A stretch of DNA of 64,000 nucleotides from Chara braunii (Eukaryota; Plantae; Charophyceae), in contig BFEA01000011.1 in NCBI GenBank assembly GCA_003427395.1, forward strand, positions 4,431,832 through 4,495,831, written 5' to 3'. Position numbers and translations under genes: made by a program. This document shows positions 27,501 to 39,290 of the stretch, piece by piece. The notes below the pieces were generated by a model, which made no database searches, was not told the origin of the DNA, and was given only the letters and a program-made list of their open reading frames with translations. How positions within the stretch are numbered: position 1 is the first letter of the stretch; the number at the start of each line of letters is the position of its first letter.

Positions 27501-29430
27501 CAAAACCGACACAGCAATAGGGATTGATTGCCGGTGTGAGTGTCAAAACTTCGAACGAAAAGGAGATGTGAGTTGCGAGGGCGTGAGTACAGCTGACCAA
27601 GTTTGGGCGACTACGATACTAGTGGGCGACAATGTCGCTATGGAAGTGGATATTACTGGTACACTCACGGAATTGCAGATGCCGTCGTCAACGATGCCAG
27701 CCGAAGTAAGCGGCACTTTCCAGGATACTTTTGAGGGCGTAAAGGAGGAAGAAACTTTCCATGTACAGGGCATCGAAGAGGATGAAGGACATATAGTACT
27801 CAGTACACCGGAGGAAGCTGTACTTGTACAACCTCAACAAATGCTTGAACAACCTCAAACACCACAGTCTGCTAACCTCATGATAACTATCGAGGAATCT
27901 CCTATTGCGCCATTGCATATGGAAGGTGTGACAAAAGGTCGTGTTGAAGAAAAACTGAGAGTTAGTCATCGAGGTGAGCACTTTCTTATCTTAGGAGCAA
28001 TATCTAATACTATATGCGGATTAGTGGGTACATCACATGCACTCATCTCCCATTGTGTCGATCCCTCAGATGTATTGTTTATTTACCTAGCTTTGGAACT
28101 GTGCGTTTTCTGAAGAAAAATACTACAATTGTTTTGTATGAAGACTTACTGCAATTGCCATATATTTTGTATTGGTACTCATGAGTCAGTTTCAACAACG
28201 GAAAGTCGGACTTGTAACTCATTATGTTTTATTTTGTCAATCATGCATGGCGACGAAAAGAACTGTGGAAAACGACACATGTACACTCGCAAAGGAAGAG
28301 AGAGAAGAATATCATTCGTCGTGGTTTGCAAGCTTTGTCAACTTTGCCGTTATTGCCAAAAAATGAGAGAAGAAGTCGTACACCCATGACATTTCCATCT
28401 GTGAAGCCAACTGCCTTAAGGATGTTTAAAGCTGTTGAAATAAGCCTCACAGAAGGGAAGAAATTGCATCGCGCAGGTTGCAGTTTATCTGTTATGGATA
28501 GCAACACTGATGACGAAACAGATAGACAACCAACAATATGAACTCATATTTATGTAGTCTATCACTTGTTTTTGTGTGAAGTCTTAGTCGCTCTATTGTT
28601 GTTTATATATGTGTTTGTATGCAGTGCATGACCCTTCGTTCCAGATTCCTTTAGCAACAGTACGCCTTACTGTAGAAGAAAAGGAGTATCTTGAAATGAT
28701 TACCGGCAGCACTGAAGAGAATGAAGAATACGGCATTGTCGATTACAAGGGGAGATGGAAGGTGGAAAAGAAAGACGCCATGCTCGCCGCCAAAGATGGA
28801 GAATGGTTAAATGATGAAGTCGTCAATTTGTACCTGTTAGCCATTCAGATCACCAATGACTACATCAAGAAGGTGGATTCGACATGTGCAGAAGTGGCAA
28901 AAGATGAAAGTTCTTGTAGCATTCCATCTGTGCATATTCTAAATTCTTTTTTCTTTCCCGGATTGTCAAAAGCTCAGTCCGCTGAAATCGCATACTCCGA
29001 AGGGACGAGATGGGTGAAGGACATAAATCTTTTCAATTTTGATCTGGTAATTATCCCTCTCCATTTCGGAAATCATTGGGTTTTAGCTTATGTCAGTATA
29101 GATCGCTCTGAGTGTAAATTCCGCCTCGTAGACTCTCTCCATCGTGTTGACTACGGTCCAACCCTCGAACTTTTGGCAGGTTTTTTCAGAGCAGAGTTTC
29201 AGCGACAAAATCTTCGAGAAAAATATCATGTGGAGGAGCCTACATCCTACTTTGATACATCAGTAGATGGGATTCCTGCTCAAGAGGATTCTTCTAGTTG
29301 TGGTGTTTTTATGTTAGGTTTTGCATCTTTGCTTGCAAAATGTCACTTCCCTCCGTTCGGTTTCTCACAAGATAGTATTCCTGATATGAGACTTAGAATA
29401 ACATTTGACATTTTGTCCATGGTTAGATAG
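21504..29430 (+). pseudogene. Large multidomain cargo gene: ParB/DGQHR-like, degenerate DNA methyltransferase-like and Ulp1 protease; frameshifted, with predicted intron 27974-28624
   Basis: Consecutive overlapping same-strand ORFs (21504, 22793, 24232, ~26620-27973, 28609) joined by frameshifts or single stops. GT..AG intron with phase 1 at both ends. Confidence 0.7.
28625..29430 (+). CDS. Ulp1/SENP (peptidase C48) catalytic domain exon
   Basis: WLNDEVVNLY, LNSFFF, IPLHFGNHW (His), DSL (Asp) and QEDSSSCGVF (Gln/Cys); the triad is intact and the frame is open. Confidence 0.93.
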
Positions 29431-29837
29431 GAAAGTCGATGAGAAATTCAGTTTCTAGGTTTGGAAAAATGAGGTTGACATGTTTACTTAGTGTGAACAT
29501 TCTGGGTGAAAATGTGTATTGTAGGCAATTTTAAAAATATGTTGACAATGTATAATGACATTTCCTAGACTTCTCATCAATTGTTGATGAGGTTAGCGTG
29601 TTTTACTGTGTGACATGTTTACAGAGTGGATTGTCAATCCTTGAGTGACATTTTTGCAGCTTGTGTACGTGTGAATATTCGAGGTGAAAATTTTTGTTTA
29701 ATTTCCTTCAACAACTTTCATATATAACCATTGTTTTCTCGTTGTTTGCTTATTTTTTCCTCAGTTCTTAGTGTCATTTTACAATTAAAATAAAAAGTGA
29801 ACATGAAAACAATTTCACTTTTAACGAAAGCACCGTT

Positions 29838-31562
29838 GGGACCAATTAAAAGGTGTTGGGGGGAGGAGTTGGCCGCCCACAGGATGGTGTGGCCACACAC
29901 ATCCTTTAGAGCCCACGGTCCGGGCCTGGGTATTGCAGGAGTGGCAATCTGACTCCCTCCAAACTCAAGGTAAGTTGATGAGCAGAAAGGGAGATGGGTC
30001 TATATGTTGGGGATGTTGGAGTTGAAAGTGATGTTCATCCTATGCATTTATGACCCCAAAAATACGGTGAGTGAAAGGAGGTTGTTTTTCGACAGTTTGG
30101 GAACGATGGTTCCAGAGGGGATCCCGCTCGTAATTGCAGGGGATTTCAACGCAGCCCCGAACATATCGCTTGATCGTTGGAACCTGCAGGTTTCCCCTTC
30201 TCACACGATAGAAGAGGATAAGCAGATTCGAGGGAAGCTATGCGACTCCCTCTCAGTATTTGACACGTTGCCCTGTCTACACCCGAATGCCCGCACATTT
30301 TCCTGCGTACGTGACAACGACCCTGCGAGGCAGATAAAGTTTTGTATCGACCTCGTCATCATCTCAAAAACGACCTGGAAGGAGCCCTTCGAGTCTTCGA
30401 CTAGCGGTTATCCTCCCGCGGAGCCCCCATCTGGGACTAAACTACAAAACGTGTGGATTGGTCCTCACAACATGAAAACGACCAGATCAAGGGTCGGGCT
30501 AGTATAAACTTAGCACATCCCTTATACTGGACAAACACTTCCAATCCCTCATCAAGGACATATGGCGATTCTGGCAGCAGCAAAAACCATAATTCGACTC
30601 AGAACTAGCATGGCTAAATAACAAGTTGTACTACATCGCAAGGAAACGCAATGAATATTTGAAAGAACGAGCAGCACAGAGGAACAAACATAAGATAGAG
30701 ATCCACAAAAAGGTCCATGATCTGGAGCAACAGGCAGACTCACAAGCTCAAGAACGGGACATTGAACAGTTGAAAAAACAATTGTTGCAATTCTCGCAGC
30801 AAAGATGGCAAGGACTAATTAAATGCAGTAAATTAGTCCATGTTAACCAGGAAGCTACCATGGACACCAGATTTTTCAACATGGCCTCGGGCAGAACGAG
30901 GTGAACAGTTATCGAACCCTCTTTGATTTAGACAAGGGGGATGACAGTCTAGCCACCTCCACGTCACATTGTACCCACGTCACTAGGATATTTTTTCAAA
31001 AACCATACATGTCTCAGTATGGAAGAGGGATCTAAACGATTTTCTTAAGGCTATACAGAGAGTGTTGTCAACACAACAAATTGAAAGTGTATATGCTCTG
31101 CTGACAAAGCAAGAGATATGGATAGCGCTGCACCAAATGGACGAAGGGAAGACCCCAGGTATTGATGGGTTCCCCAAGGAGTTTTGGGAGTCCATGTTGC
31201 CGATCCTGAGCTCTGACTTGTGGTCATACTACCAAAAGGTATGGGAGGAGGGATGTATGGGGGAAGTGGTTGGACAACGGGTTTTGATGCTCCTGTATAA
31301 GAAAGGGGATAAGATAAACCTTAGGAACTACAAACCCATCACCCTTCTGACATTTGTCTGTAAAATGTTGGCATTGGCCTTGGCCAATTGTATGGTCGGG
31401 GTCTTGGAGGATATCTTTCACCCAACTCAAACTGACTTCATATGCAACCCAAACATCCAAGAAAACATTCTTCTTGTTAATGAGATAGTTAACTTGTCTC
31501 GACGTCATGACCAAAATGCGACAATCATTTTTATTGACTTCGAAAAGGCTTGCGACAGTGTG
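29838..31562 (+). mobile_element. LINE-C, middle piece (APE body to early RT), inverted relative to the other two pieces
   Basis: GVAI, AGDFN, KTPGIDGFP, NYKPITLL and IDFEKACDSV. It starts at the transposon TSD and ends just before the RT segment found at 17387. Confidence 0.88.
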
Positions 31563-31744
31563 TCATTGTTCGCGTTCTGGGAGAATCAGCGCAGCGGTCC
31601 GCCAACGTCGACACGACAACTGCCCCGCTCTCCAGGTTAGTGTCGCTTCGGCCAACACGGAAAGAGAAAAGCCTCTGTGGACGGCCGTGTCCAGTGCTGG
31701 TTTATCGGTGACGTCAACAAGTTTTCTCCAACACTTTCACCGCA

Positions 31745-32692
31745 GTCGTTGTCGTGTCAAACACGATGGTCGATACGGTCGTCGTCGTGTCGAACACGAT
31801 GGTCGATACGGTCGTCGTCGTGTTGAACACGATCGTTGTCGTGTCCGACACGCTGGTCGTCGTGTCAAACACGATGGTCGTCGTGTTGAACATGATCGTT
31901 GTCGTGTTNNNNNNNNNNNNNNNNNNNNNNNNNNNNNNNNNNNNNNNNNNNNNNNNNNNNNNNNNNNNNNNNNNNNNNNNNNNNNNNNNNNNNNNNNNNN
32001 NNNNNNNNNNNNNNNNNNNNNNNNNNNNNNNNNNNNNNNNNNNNNNNNNNNNNNNNNNNNNNNNNNNNNNNNNNNNNNNNNNNNNNNNNNNNNNNNNNNN
32101 NNNNNNNNNNNNNNNNNNNNNNNNNNNNNNNNNNNNNNNNNNNNNNNNNNNNNNNNNNNNNNNNNNNNNNNNNNNNNNNNNNNNNNNNGGTCGTCGTGTC
32201 AAACACGATGGTCGTCGTGTTGAACACGATCGTTGTCGTGTCCGACACGCTGGTCGTCGTGTCAAACACGATGGTCGTCGTGTCCGACACGGTCATCGTC
32301 GTGTCGAACATGATGGTCGTCGTGCCGAACACGATCCTTGTCGTGTCGAACACGCTGGTTGTCGTGTCGAACACGATCAGCGTCGGGTCGAACACGATCT
32401 CCATCGCGTCAAACATGACCGTCGTCGTGTCGAACGCTCTCGTCCTCGTGTCCGGCTCGTTGTCATGCACGGCCGTCGTCGTGACCGACGTCGTGTCGAA
32501 CACGGCCGTCGTATTGTCGAACACGACCGCCATCGTATCGAGCACGACCGTCTTCATGTCCGACACGATCGTCGACGATGGTCGTCGTGTCCTGCACGAT
32601 GGTCGTCGGGTCGGACACGGTGGCCGTCGTGCCGAGCACGGCGGTCGTCGTGTCCGCCACGGTCAAACGCGGTCTTGGTCGTGTCGAACACC
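31745..32692. repeat. CpG-rich ~21-bp tandem array (GTCGTCGTGTCGAACACGATG), containing an assembly gap
   Basis: Same core motif as the 18-kb array with a different period; N-run at 31909-32188. Confidence 0.97.
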
Positions 32693-32989
32693 CTGCTCTT
32701 TTTGGCCACGACCCCCACCTACGTTTCGACTTGCACAGAGTTTAATGCGAGTTGCGCCAGCAGAACATAGTGCCCGGGTGACTGTCTTTTGTCTCTTGTA
32801 GCACTGATTGCTTATTGCGAGATTGCGCCACGACCCCCACCATGTAATATACAATGGAGCTCCTATCGTGTTGGGCGCGACATTGGCGTTGCCGCAGTCG
32901 TTTGCCTTCTCAGCCTGGCTATCTGGAAATCCGTCGTGCGTCATGGAATGAACTCTACGCGAATTTTGCTTCGAATCCTCGGAGTCTGG

Positions 32990-33258
32990 TACGCGGGAAT
33001 CAAGACGGGGAACCCTTCCGTGTTGGGCGAGGCGGTCGCGTTGCCACGATGGTTTTCCTGCTCACTCGTGGCAGTTTTCCTGCCCGCTCTTCGTGGGTGG
33101 TGAGTACCACGCGTGCCGGGAATCAAGATGGGGGACCCTTCCATGTTGGGCGAGGCGGTCGCTTTGCCACGATGGTACGGTCGCGTTGCCACGATGGTAT
33201 TCTTGCTCACTCGTGGCAGTTTTCCTGCCCGCTTTGCGTGGGTGGTGATTACCACGCG
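32990..33258. repeat. ~125-bp tandem duplication upstream of the transposase
   Basis: GGGAATCAAGA...TTGGGCGAGGCGGTCGC...TCACTCGTGGCAGTTTTCCTGCCCGCT occurs twice. Confidence 0.85.
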
Positions 33259-33818
33259 TGTCCAGTCGCTGCAGTTCCTGGAGTAATATAGAATCTTTCC
33301 TATCAATGTTCTTGTGCCAAGCTGTGTGCTGCGCGCCAGAGTCTTCGCCGATCCGCTGTTGGTGCCCGCTGGGTTTTGCACGCCGTGGTCTCTGCCTTTC
33401 CGAAGCTGGTGCCCGACGTGACATGTGCTGCGTTTCCTGTTGCGCGTCAAGATCTCCGCCTTTTCAATGTTGTTGCACGCTGTGTTTCCAGTTGCTGGTG
33501 CCCCGACTCGACATGTGCTACGCTTCCCACTGTCGTTCGATCTCCGACTTGGACAAACTCTTTCGCGTGTATTGCGCCTTTGGCACGGATTGGGCCTGAC
33601 GACTGGATTGCCACCCTGATTCCATGGTCGTGTGTTATCCTCTCTCGGATGTTTCCTGTTCCCCTCCGTCCAGTGTAGGGCTGTGTTTCTCAAGGTCATT
33701 TGTACGGCTGTGTTTCTTACTGTTGTGTAGGGATGGTTGTCTGCTCCATTTCATTAACCTCTGATTTTCGCCTTTTGACAGTGGTCCGCTGTTTTGTTGT
33801 CGCATACACGTCTCATGC

Positions 33819-36735
33819 ATGGCTTGTGGTGTGCATGCTATGCCACAGCAGACTTGCAGCACAACCTTGGAAAGCATGGACTGTGTGGCGTCTAATACAA
33901 TGCTCAATGAGGATTTTCCTCCACCGCACCTGCCATTTTGTTCACAAGATGTTCGAAGTGGTCACGAACATGTCGATAATGCTCCAGAATCTCCTGCTCG
34001 TAAGATGTCACGAAATATTGCGTGTGCGGACACTACATGTGAAAGTGTGTATCCCGTCCTTCGATGCCCGGTTCGAACCTGTGAGCAGAGAGTGCTGAAG
34101 GTTAGGAGGGTAAGACCTCCTCTACTGACAATGACGCATCCGATGTCGATCGTGTTGTATGGGTGCCGAGGAGTTCACTTCGATATTTCGAGTACACAGG
34201 TCTTCTGTTTGGTGAGAGTGATGAAGGTGGTTCAGATTCAAGTGCTTCGGTGTCGTCTAGTGCTGATAGTTCTCCAGATAAAACCGATCTTCCACAAACG
34301 TACGCTGACCGGAACAGTGACCACTGTTGTCGAAATGACGATGAGAATTGTGACGTGATCTCTGATTTCGATGACATTTTTCCAAAACGTCTGTCCTCAG
34401 AGAAGCGTCCTTATACTTTTCGTCTCAGAATGCCGCGGTCAAAAAAGATTCTGCAATCAGTTCATAGAAAACTCACAAAAAAAACACTGGCGAGTGTGTG
34501 TGGGCAGGTTTGCTGTAAGTGAGAGTGTTGCGCTCAGATGACCCTGGACGACATCAAAGCTGTCCGGAGCGCATACTACTCTAAGAACTAGCAGAGCAGG
34601 GATGCGTGGTGGGTTGAAACGTTGAAGAGGTTCACCTTCATAGAAGATGAAAAAGAGATTGTTCAACCTATTGTGGGGAGACGAAAGGTATGCATTAGTG
34701 CTTGGTGTTTCACACTGGGTGTATGTAGGAATACATTTCTAAAAAAAAGGATGACTTTGTCAAAAGGCTACAATATGTCGGAGCATGGCAGTACTGGACT
34801 CAGACGCACATCAGCAACATATGCGACGATGGACGGGAAACTAAGCTTCTTCGTGCGAGACAACGGAGATTCCATGCCCAATGACATGAAGATCAAAGAG
34901 GGGGAATCAAGAGTGGTGTTGAGATTGCCTGCTTGCTATAACAAGGTTGATATTTATAAGTTGCTACAGTCGCAATTCGACAACGTGGGTGCTCCTTGTG
35001 TTTCTCTCCAAGTTTTTTACAACATGTGGAGAACGCAGTTTTGGCATGTGAAATTCCAAGACATTGATCAAAACTTTGCGAAATGCGAGAAATGTGTTGA
35101 ATACAAAGAATCTATCAATTCCGTAAAGTTCGTGCTGTGCGTGAGTACTTTGTTTCGTTACGCGAGAAACACTTGGACTTGCAGCTCCAACATCGTGTTG
35201 CGTATGAGGTGTGGAAGGATGAGTCGAAGAGACCGGGTTCCAACAGTTTGTGCATCATCATTGACAGCATGAACCAAAGCAAAACCAACATTCCACACTT
35301 TGGCGAAGAGAACAAATCGAAGGCATTCGCAAATATTCCGATGTTGAAAACGAATCTAACAGCTATTATTGCACACGGTCTCTCACCATCGGTCCATGTT
35401 CACACATGGTACCCTTGCTATCCACATGATTCTAATGCTGTAGTGTCATCCATTATGAAAGTTCTCCGCGACATCCAGACGACGAATGACTTGCCTCCTA
35501 AACTGAGGATACAAGCTGACAACTGTTGGAGAGAAAACAAAAACAGATACGTTTTGGCACTCGCTACAACTTTGGTGAAATTTGGCTTCTTCAAAGAACT
35601 CGAATTCGGTTTTATGTTAGTGGGACACACACATACGGGCGTTGATGCCACTTTCAGTCATTTCTCTCGCAAACTGAAAATGCACGATGCATATACCATG
35701 CTCGACCTCTTCAAGCTCGTTGCCAGTTCTAAAAAAGAACGTTCATCGTGCACATTCATGGATGAAATTGCTGATTGGCGAGCTGCTGTTAAGCCCTTCC
35801 TGGTCAAGAGACTGACCGGTCATACTCGTCCACAAGCATTTAGGTTTTATATGCAGGATGACAATCCTGTGTTCCAGTGGAAAGAGTATTGCACTTCTCC
35901 TGAATGGTCTGCTCCAGTCTATTGCTTTAAACGAGATGAAAACAAAGCATTTGCTGGACCCGAATGACCATTCATGCCATCACCTGTTCCGCCGTCAGCT
36001 TCTCTGCCTACTAAAGATAGGAATTCGGATTTCAAATCGGGAATTGAAGGTGTGAAGACGTTTGTTGGGTGGTTGGAGAACAAGAGGCACGAGTGGTTGG
36101 GAATGAAAGATGAGGTTAGTTTCTCAAAGGAGAGTGTTCTTTCACACTGGAAAACTTTCCTCGAGACAGTCGAGGAGCATTACGGGTCTGGGTTTGCGAA
36201 AACTTCACTCAAGGCTGACTTCTGGCCCTCACAAGACAAAATTAAGAAGGATGATCCAAATGATATTGATATTGCCTTCCTCTTGAAGAGCAATGAGAAT
36301 AAGGAGCCGTTGTTCGTTGGACCGACCAACGAGCGTCCAAAGGCGGAACTCAACCCAGTTGTGGATGTCGAAAAAGGTCAATTTGTTCTCTTGCGTCCTT
36401 CCCAAGATGATATCGATGAGGGAGTTCCTGTATGAAAGGGTAGAGTCATTTCCGATGTAGACAACGATATGAAGTCGCTAACTTTCAATCATATTCTTAT
36501 TGAATATTGGGTGCCACAACCTATTGCTAAACGTCTTTCTGTGCAATATTCGAACGCATGGAAGAAGACATGAAAGAAAGACAACACAACATCACAGCAG
36601 TGGCAGCATGTAGACTGTGTTGTGTGGAGCTGGACATCCAAGAGATTGCATTTAGAAAATGAATTGCATATTCCAAAATCGGCCAGAGAGAAGGCCTTGG
36701 TATGCCTTTCATTTTCCGATAATGAAGATCAGTAG
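33819..36735 (+). pseudogene. Sola-like DDD transposase, disrupted
   Basis: CxxC (FAKCEKC) precedes the triad IIID...QADNCWRENKN...FMLVGHTHTGVDATFS. Several in-frame stops and a frameshift near 35120. The start position is uncertain. Confidence 0.82.
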
Positions 36736-36854
36736 GTTTTCAATAGGTTTTGAAGAAAAGCTAATCGTAGTTCTTTACACGTATTAGTACGTTATTTAGT
36801 TGTCATTGAGCTTTTATTTATATATATTTAAACTGTATTTTCATGTGTTGCAGA

Positions 36855-37466
36855 ATGGTTCAACCATTTGTGACGACTGAATGACCGCCAAGTAACATGG
36901 TGTGGGGAAGAAATATATGGCATGATATGGGTCCAGTTTTCTTCATATCTGAACTGATTTTTGACAGTGCAGTACTCAGTGTTAGAGGTGTGGATGCCCC
37001 ACCGGAAGATTGGGAACATTCTCCTCGAGAATCACTCTATATTTGTGGTCGGAGGTGTTGTGGAACGAGAACATACCCGCGAGAAGTGCTCGCACCCTTT
37101 TCGAAATTGTATTATTCAACAGTCAAATTCTGCCACAACAATTTGAACGTGATGACCTTGTTTTGTGCAGCGACAACTGTTCGAGGTCGGTGCAAAATAT
37201 CTTTCCTTATTTATAATGACTATTCTACAAGTGCAAGTGTTTCCAATGCAGACAACATCGATGAACGACGACGACAAGAATTCCGAAGGAGGATCATGAC
37301 ACTCATGGATGGGCTTGTGGACACGGCCATCAAATATTTCCGAAGTCTCATGCTGAGCAAATATGAAGTAATAGAAAGTTATATAGAGTACAAGGACCCG
37401 ACGTTTGACGGACAAACTAATACCATCATTGTAGAAGATTGGACAACTTATACAAGGACAGACTGA
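36855..37466 (+). CDS. Hypothetical protein or exon within the transposon
   Basis: 189-aa open frame preceded by a splice-acceptor-like TTGCAG; no recognisable motif. Confidence 0.35.
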
Positions 37467-38385
37467 AATGTTGTCTTGATCGCAGACTGAAATGTTGTCT
37501 TGATCGCATTAGTTTATCTTTGTAGTCGATCTAGTTACTAGGCTTGTTTTGCCTATTTTCGGAGTGTCGTTTGTGCTTTGCATTTAATTTTTTTTTTCCT
37601 CTTACTCGGTCAATGGCCTTGAGACATCATCTAAGTTCGAATAACCCAGTCCTGCATTAATATAGAGTTATTTGGTTATCCGAGTTCAGCGGGATTCGAA
37701 CTAAGGTTTGTGTTTTGACAGTTTATGTGTGATACTGCTTTCAAATTGCTTTTAATATTGAACTTTTGCACGTGTTTTCATTTCATTGTGTTGTTGTAGT
37801 TAAGCAAATTTTTTGTACGTGTTTTTTTAGTGTCCGTTGCACTTTGCTGTCAAATATTAATAGATATTTAAATTTTTTTCAAAGGTCACATGCAAGGTTT
37901 TTCTGTTCTTTCATGTTAGCCTTTAAGTTCAAGGAACATCAGATTCCGAACTGATTGAAATATTGTCAAGTTCAACTTGATCCGACACTCACTGAGTCTC
38001 ACGTTTTGCAATATGTGTNNATGNTGTGTAAGCTTGGTATTATAATTAATATAATAAATTGAATATGACTTCTTGGATTTTGCGATAGAATGGATGTATT
38101 CATGTTATGAAAGGTTGGGATAATATACAATGGTTAACTCATGAAACTTGTATTGATGCAGATACGCGACTTTCTTTAAAAATAGAATCATGGATAGTTG
38201 ACTAATGAAACTTGTATTGATGCGGATATGCAATTTTCTTTTCAATACTTGATTATATAATATTTGTCAATAAGATGCTAAAATCCTCTGCTCTTGTTGT
38301 TAAATTTACTTTTGTTCTGGCAAATTTGTTAATTTCATTATGTTCACTTTTTACAAAACATTTAATTTTTAACAAAAACACCGTT

Positions 38386-39290
38386 TCCCGGATTGCTTGT
38401 CGTTTGTCTGCGTCTGGGTTGCTAGGTCATTGACATTGATCGAACGAAGATCCAAGTCGGCCGCCCGCACATAGTGTCACCAGGCCGGGCTCCTGCAATA
38501 CAATGTGTCTATATCATCCATTTAATGCGCTCCCTTCCCTGCCCCTGGGGACCATGGGGTGCGTGTAGCTACAGCGGTTGTAGTGGCTGCCACAACCGCA
38601 AATCTCATCTGTCCACGTTCAAGATGTCGTGGCGGATCATTGCTCATATGCATCTGTAAACATCTTCTTCTGGCCAACATTGAACTGCCTTGATCTTAAA
38701 TCCTTGCAGGTCAAGTAAGGAGTTGTGGTTGTGCCATCGCAGTCCCTCAACTTTGTCGAAGAGGACATACAAATCAATTGGAGCGATTTGAAATCGGCTC
38801 TCACCGATCCTCTTGATAGCCCGGTAGCCAACTGTGTAACGTTTTAGACTAAATTTCCGGGCTTGGCGGGTGAAGGCAGTGTCCCTCCCTTCCGGGTTTT
38901 CACGGTCAACCGATAAGCCCCACCTCTGAAGTGTGACCCATCCCTTCCACTCCTCTCCTCCCCCTCCTGGTGGTGACAATCCCACTTCCCATCTTCCATC
39001 GGTCCTCCTCAATGGAATCACCAACACTCTATCATTCATCGACAAGGGTCTTTCATACAAACCCCGGTCTACCAAGTTCGGTGTCCTCATCAATGGAAGC
39101 CTCTAAAGTGTAACCCATCCCTTCCACTCCTCTCCTCCCCCTCCTGCGTGAGATCAGCCCTGCCTCGTCGGGGTCCTCCTCCTTCCCCTTCGTCGAATTA
39201 ACCCTCTCCTTGTCTACATATTGTTCGTTCCTCTTTTGTTGTGGAATAAACCAGAGCACAAAGTTGAGGCAGGGTTAAGTGAGAGATTAT
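38386..39290 (-). mobile_element. LINE-C, 5' piece (ORF1 C-terminus and APE N-terminus)
   Basis: The minus strand reads LRSINVNDL...DKRQAIR and joins through the GGGA TSD to DQLK at 29838+. ORF 38644..39093 loosely resembles the ORF1 C-terminal domain of LINE-A/B. The upstream boundary is uncertain. Confidence 0.75.

Larger units (their letters stand above)
17388..29837 (+). mobile_element. Giant Sola-like DNA transposon, cargo arm (now inverted); terminus at 29837
   Basis: Ends AAAACAATTTCACTTTTAACGAAAGCACCGTT|GGGA, matching the end at 38385. It shares the GTCGAACACGA arrays with the other arm. Confidence 0.85.
31563..38385 (+). mobile_element. Giant Sola-like DNA transposon, transposase arm; terminus at 38385
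   Basis: Ends AAAACATTTAATTTTTAACAAAAACACCGTT|TCCC and contains a DDD transposase pseudogene. Confidence 0.87.

Noticed and set aside
18798-31908. Misoriented contig between the two N gaps as the cause of the inversion
   Set aside because: Repeat unit type and orientation are continuous across each gap, and the breakpoints lie outside the gaps.
38455-38480. Weak inverted match (CGGCCGACT) to ~17402 as transposon TIRs
   Set aside because: There is no TSD, 38386-38470 translates as the LINE APE N-terminus, and the 29837/38385 pair has both TIR and TSD support.
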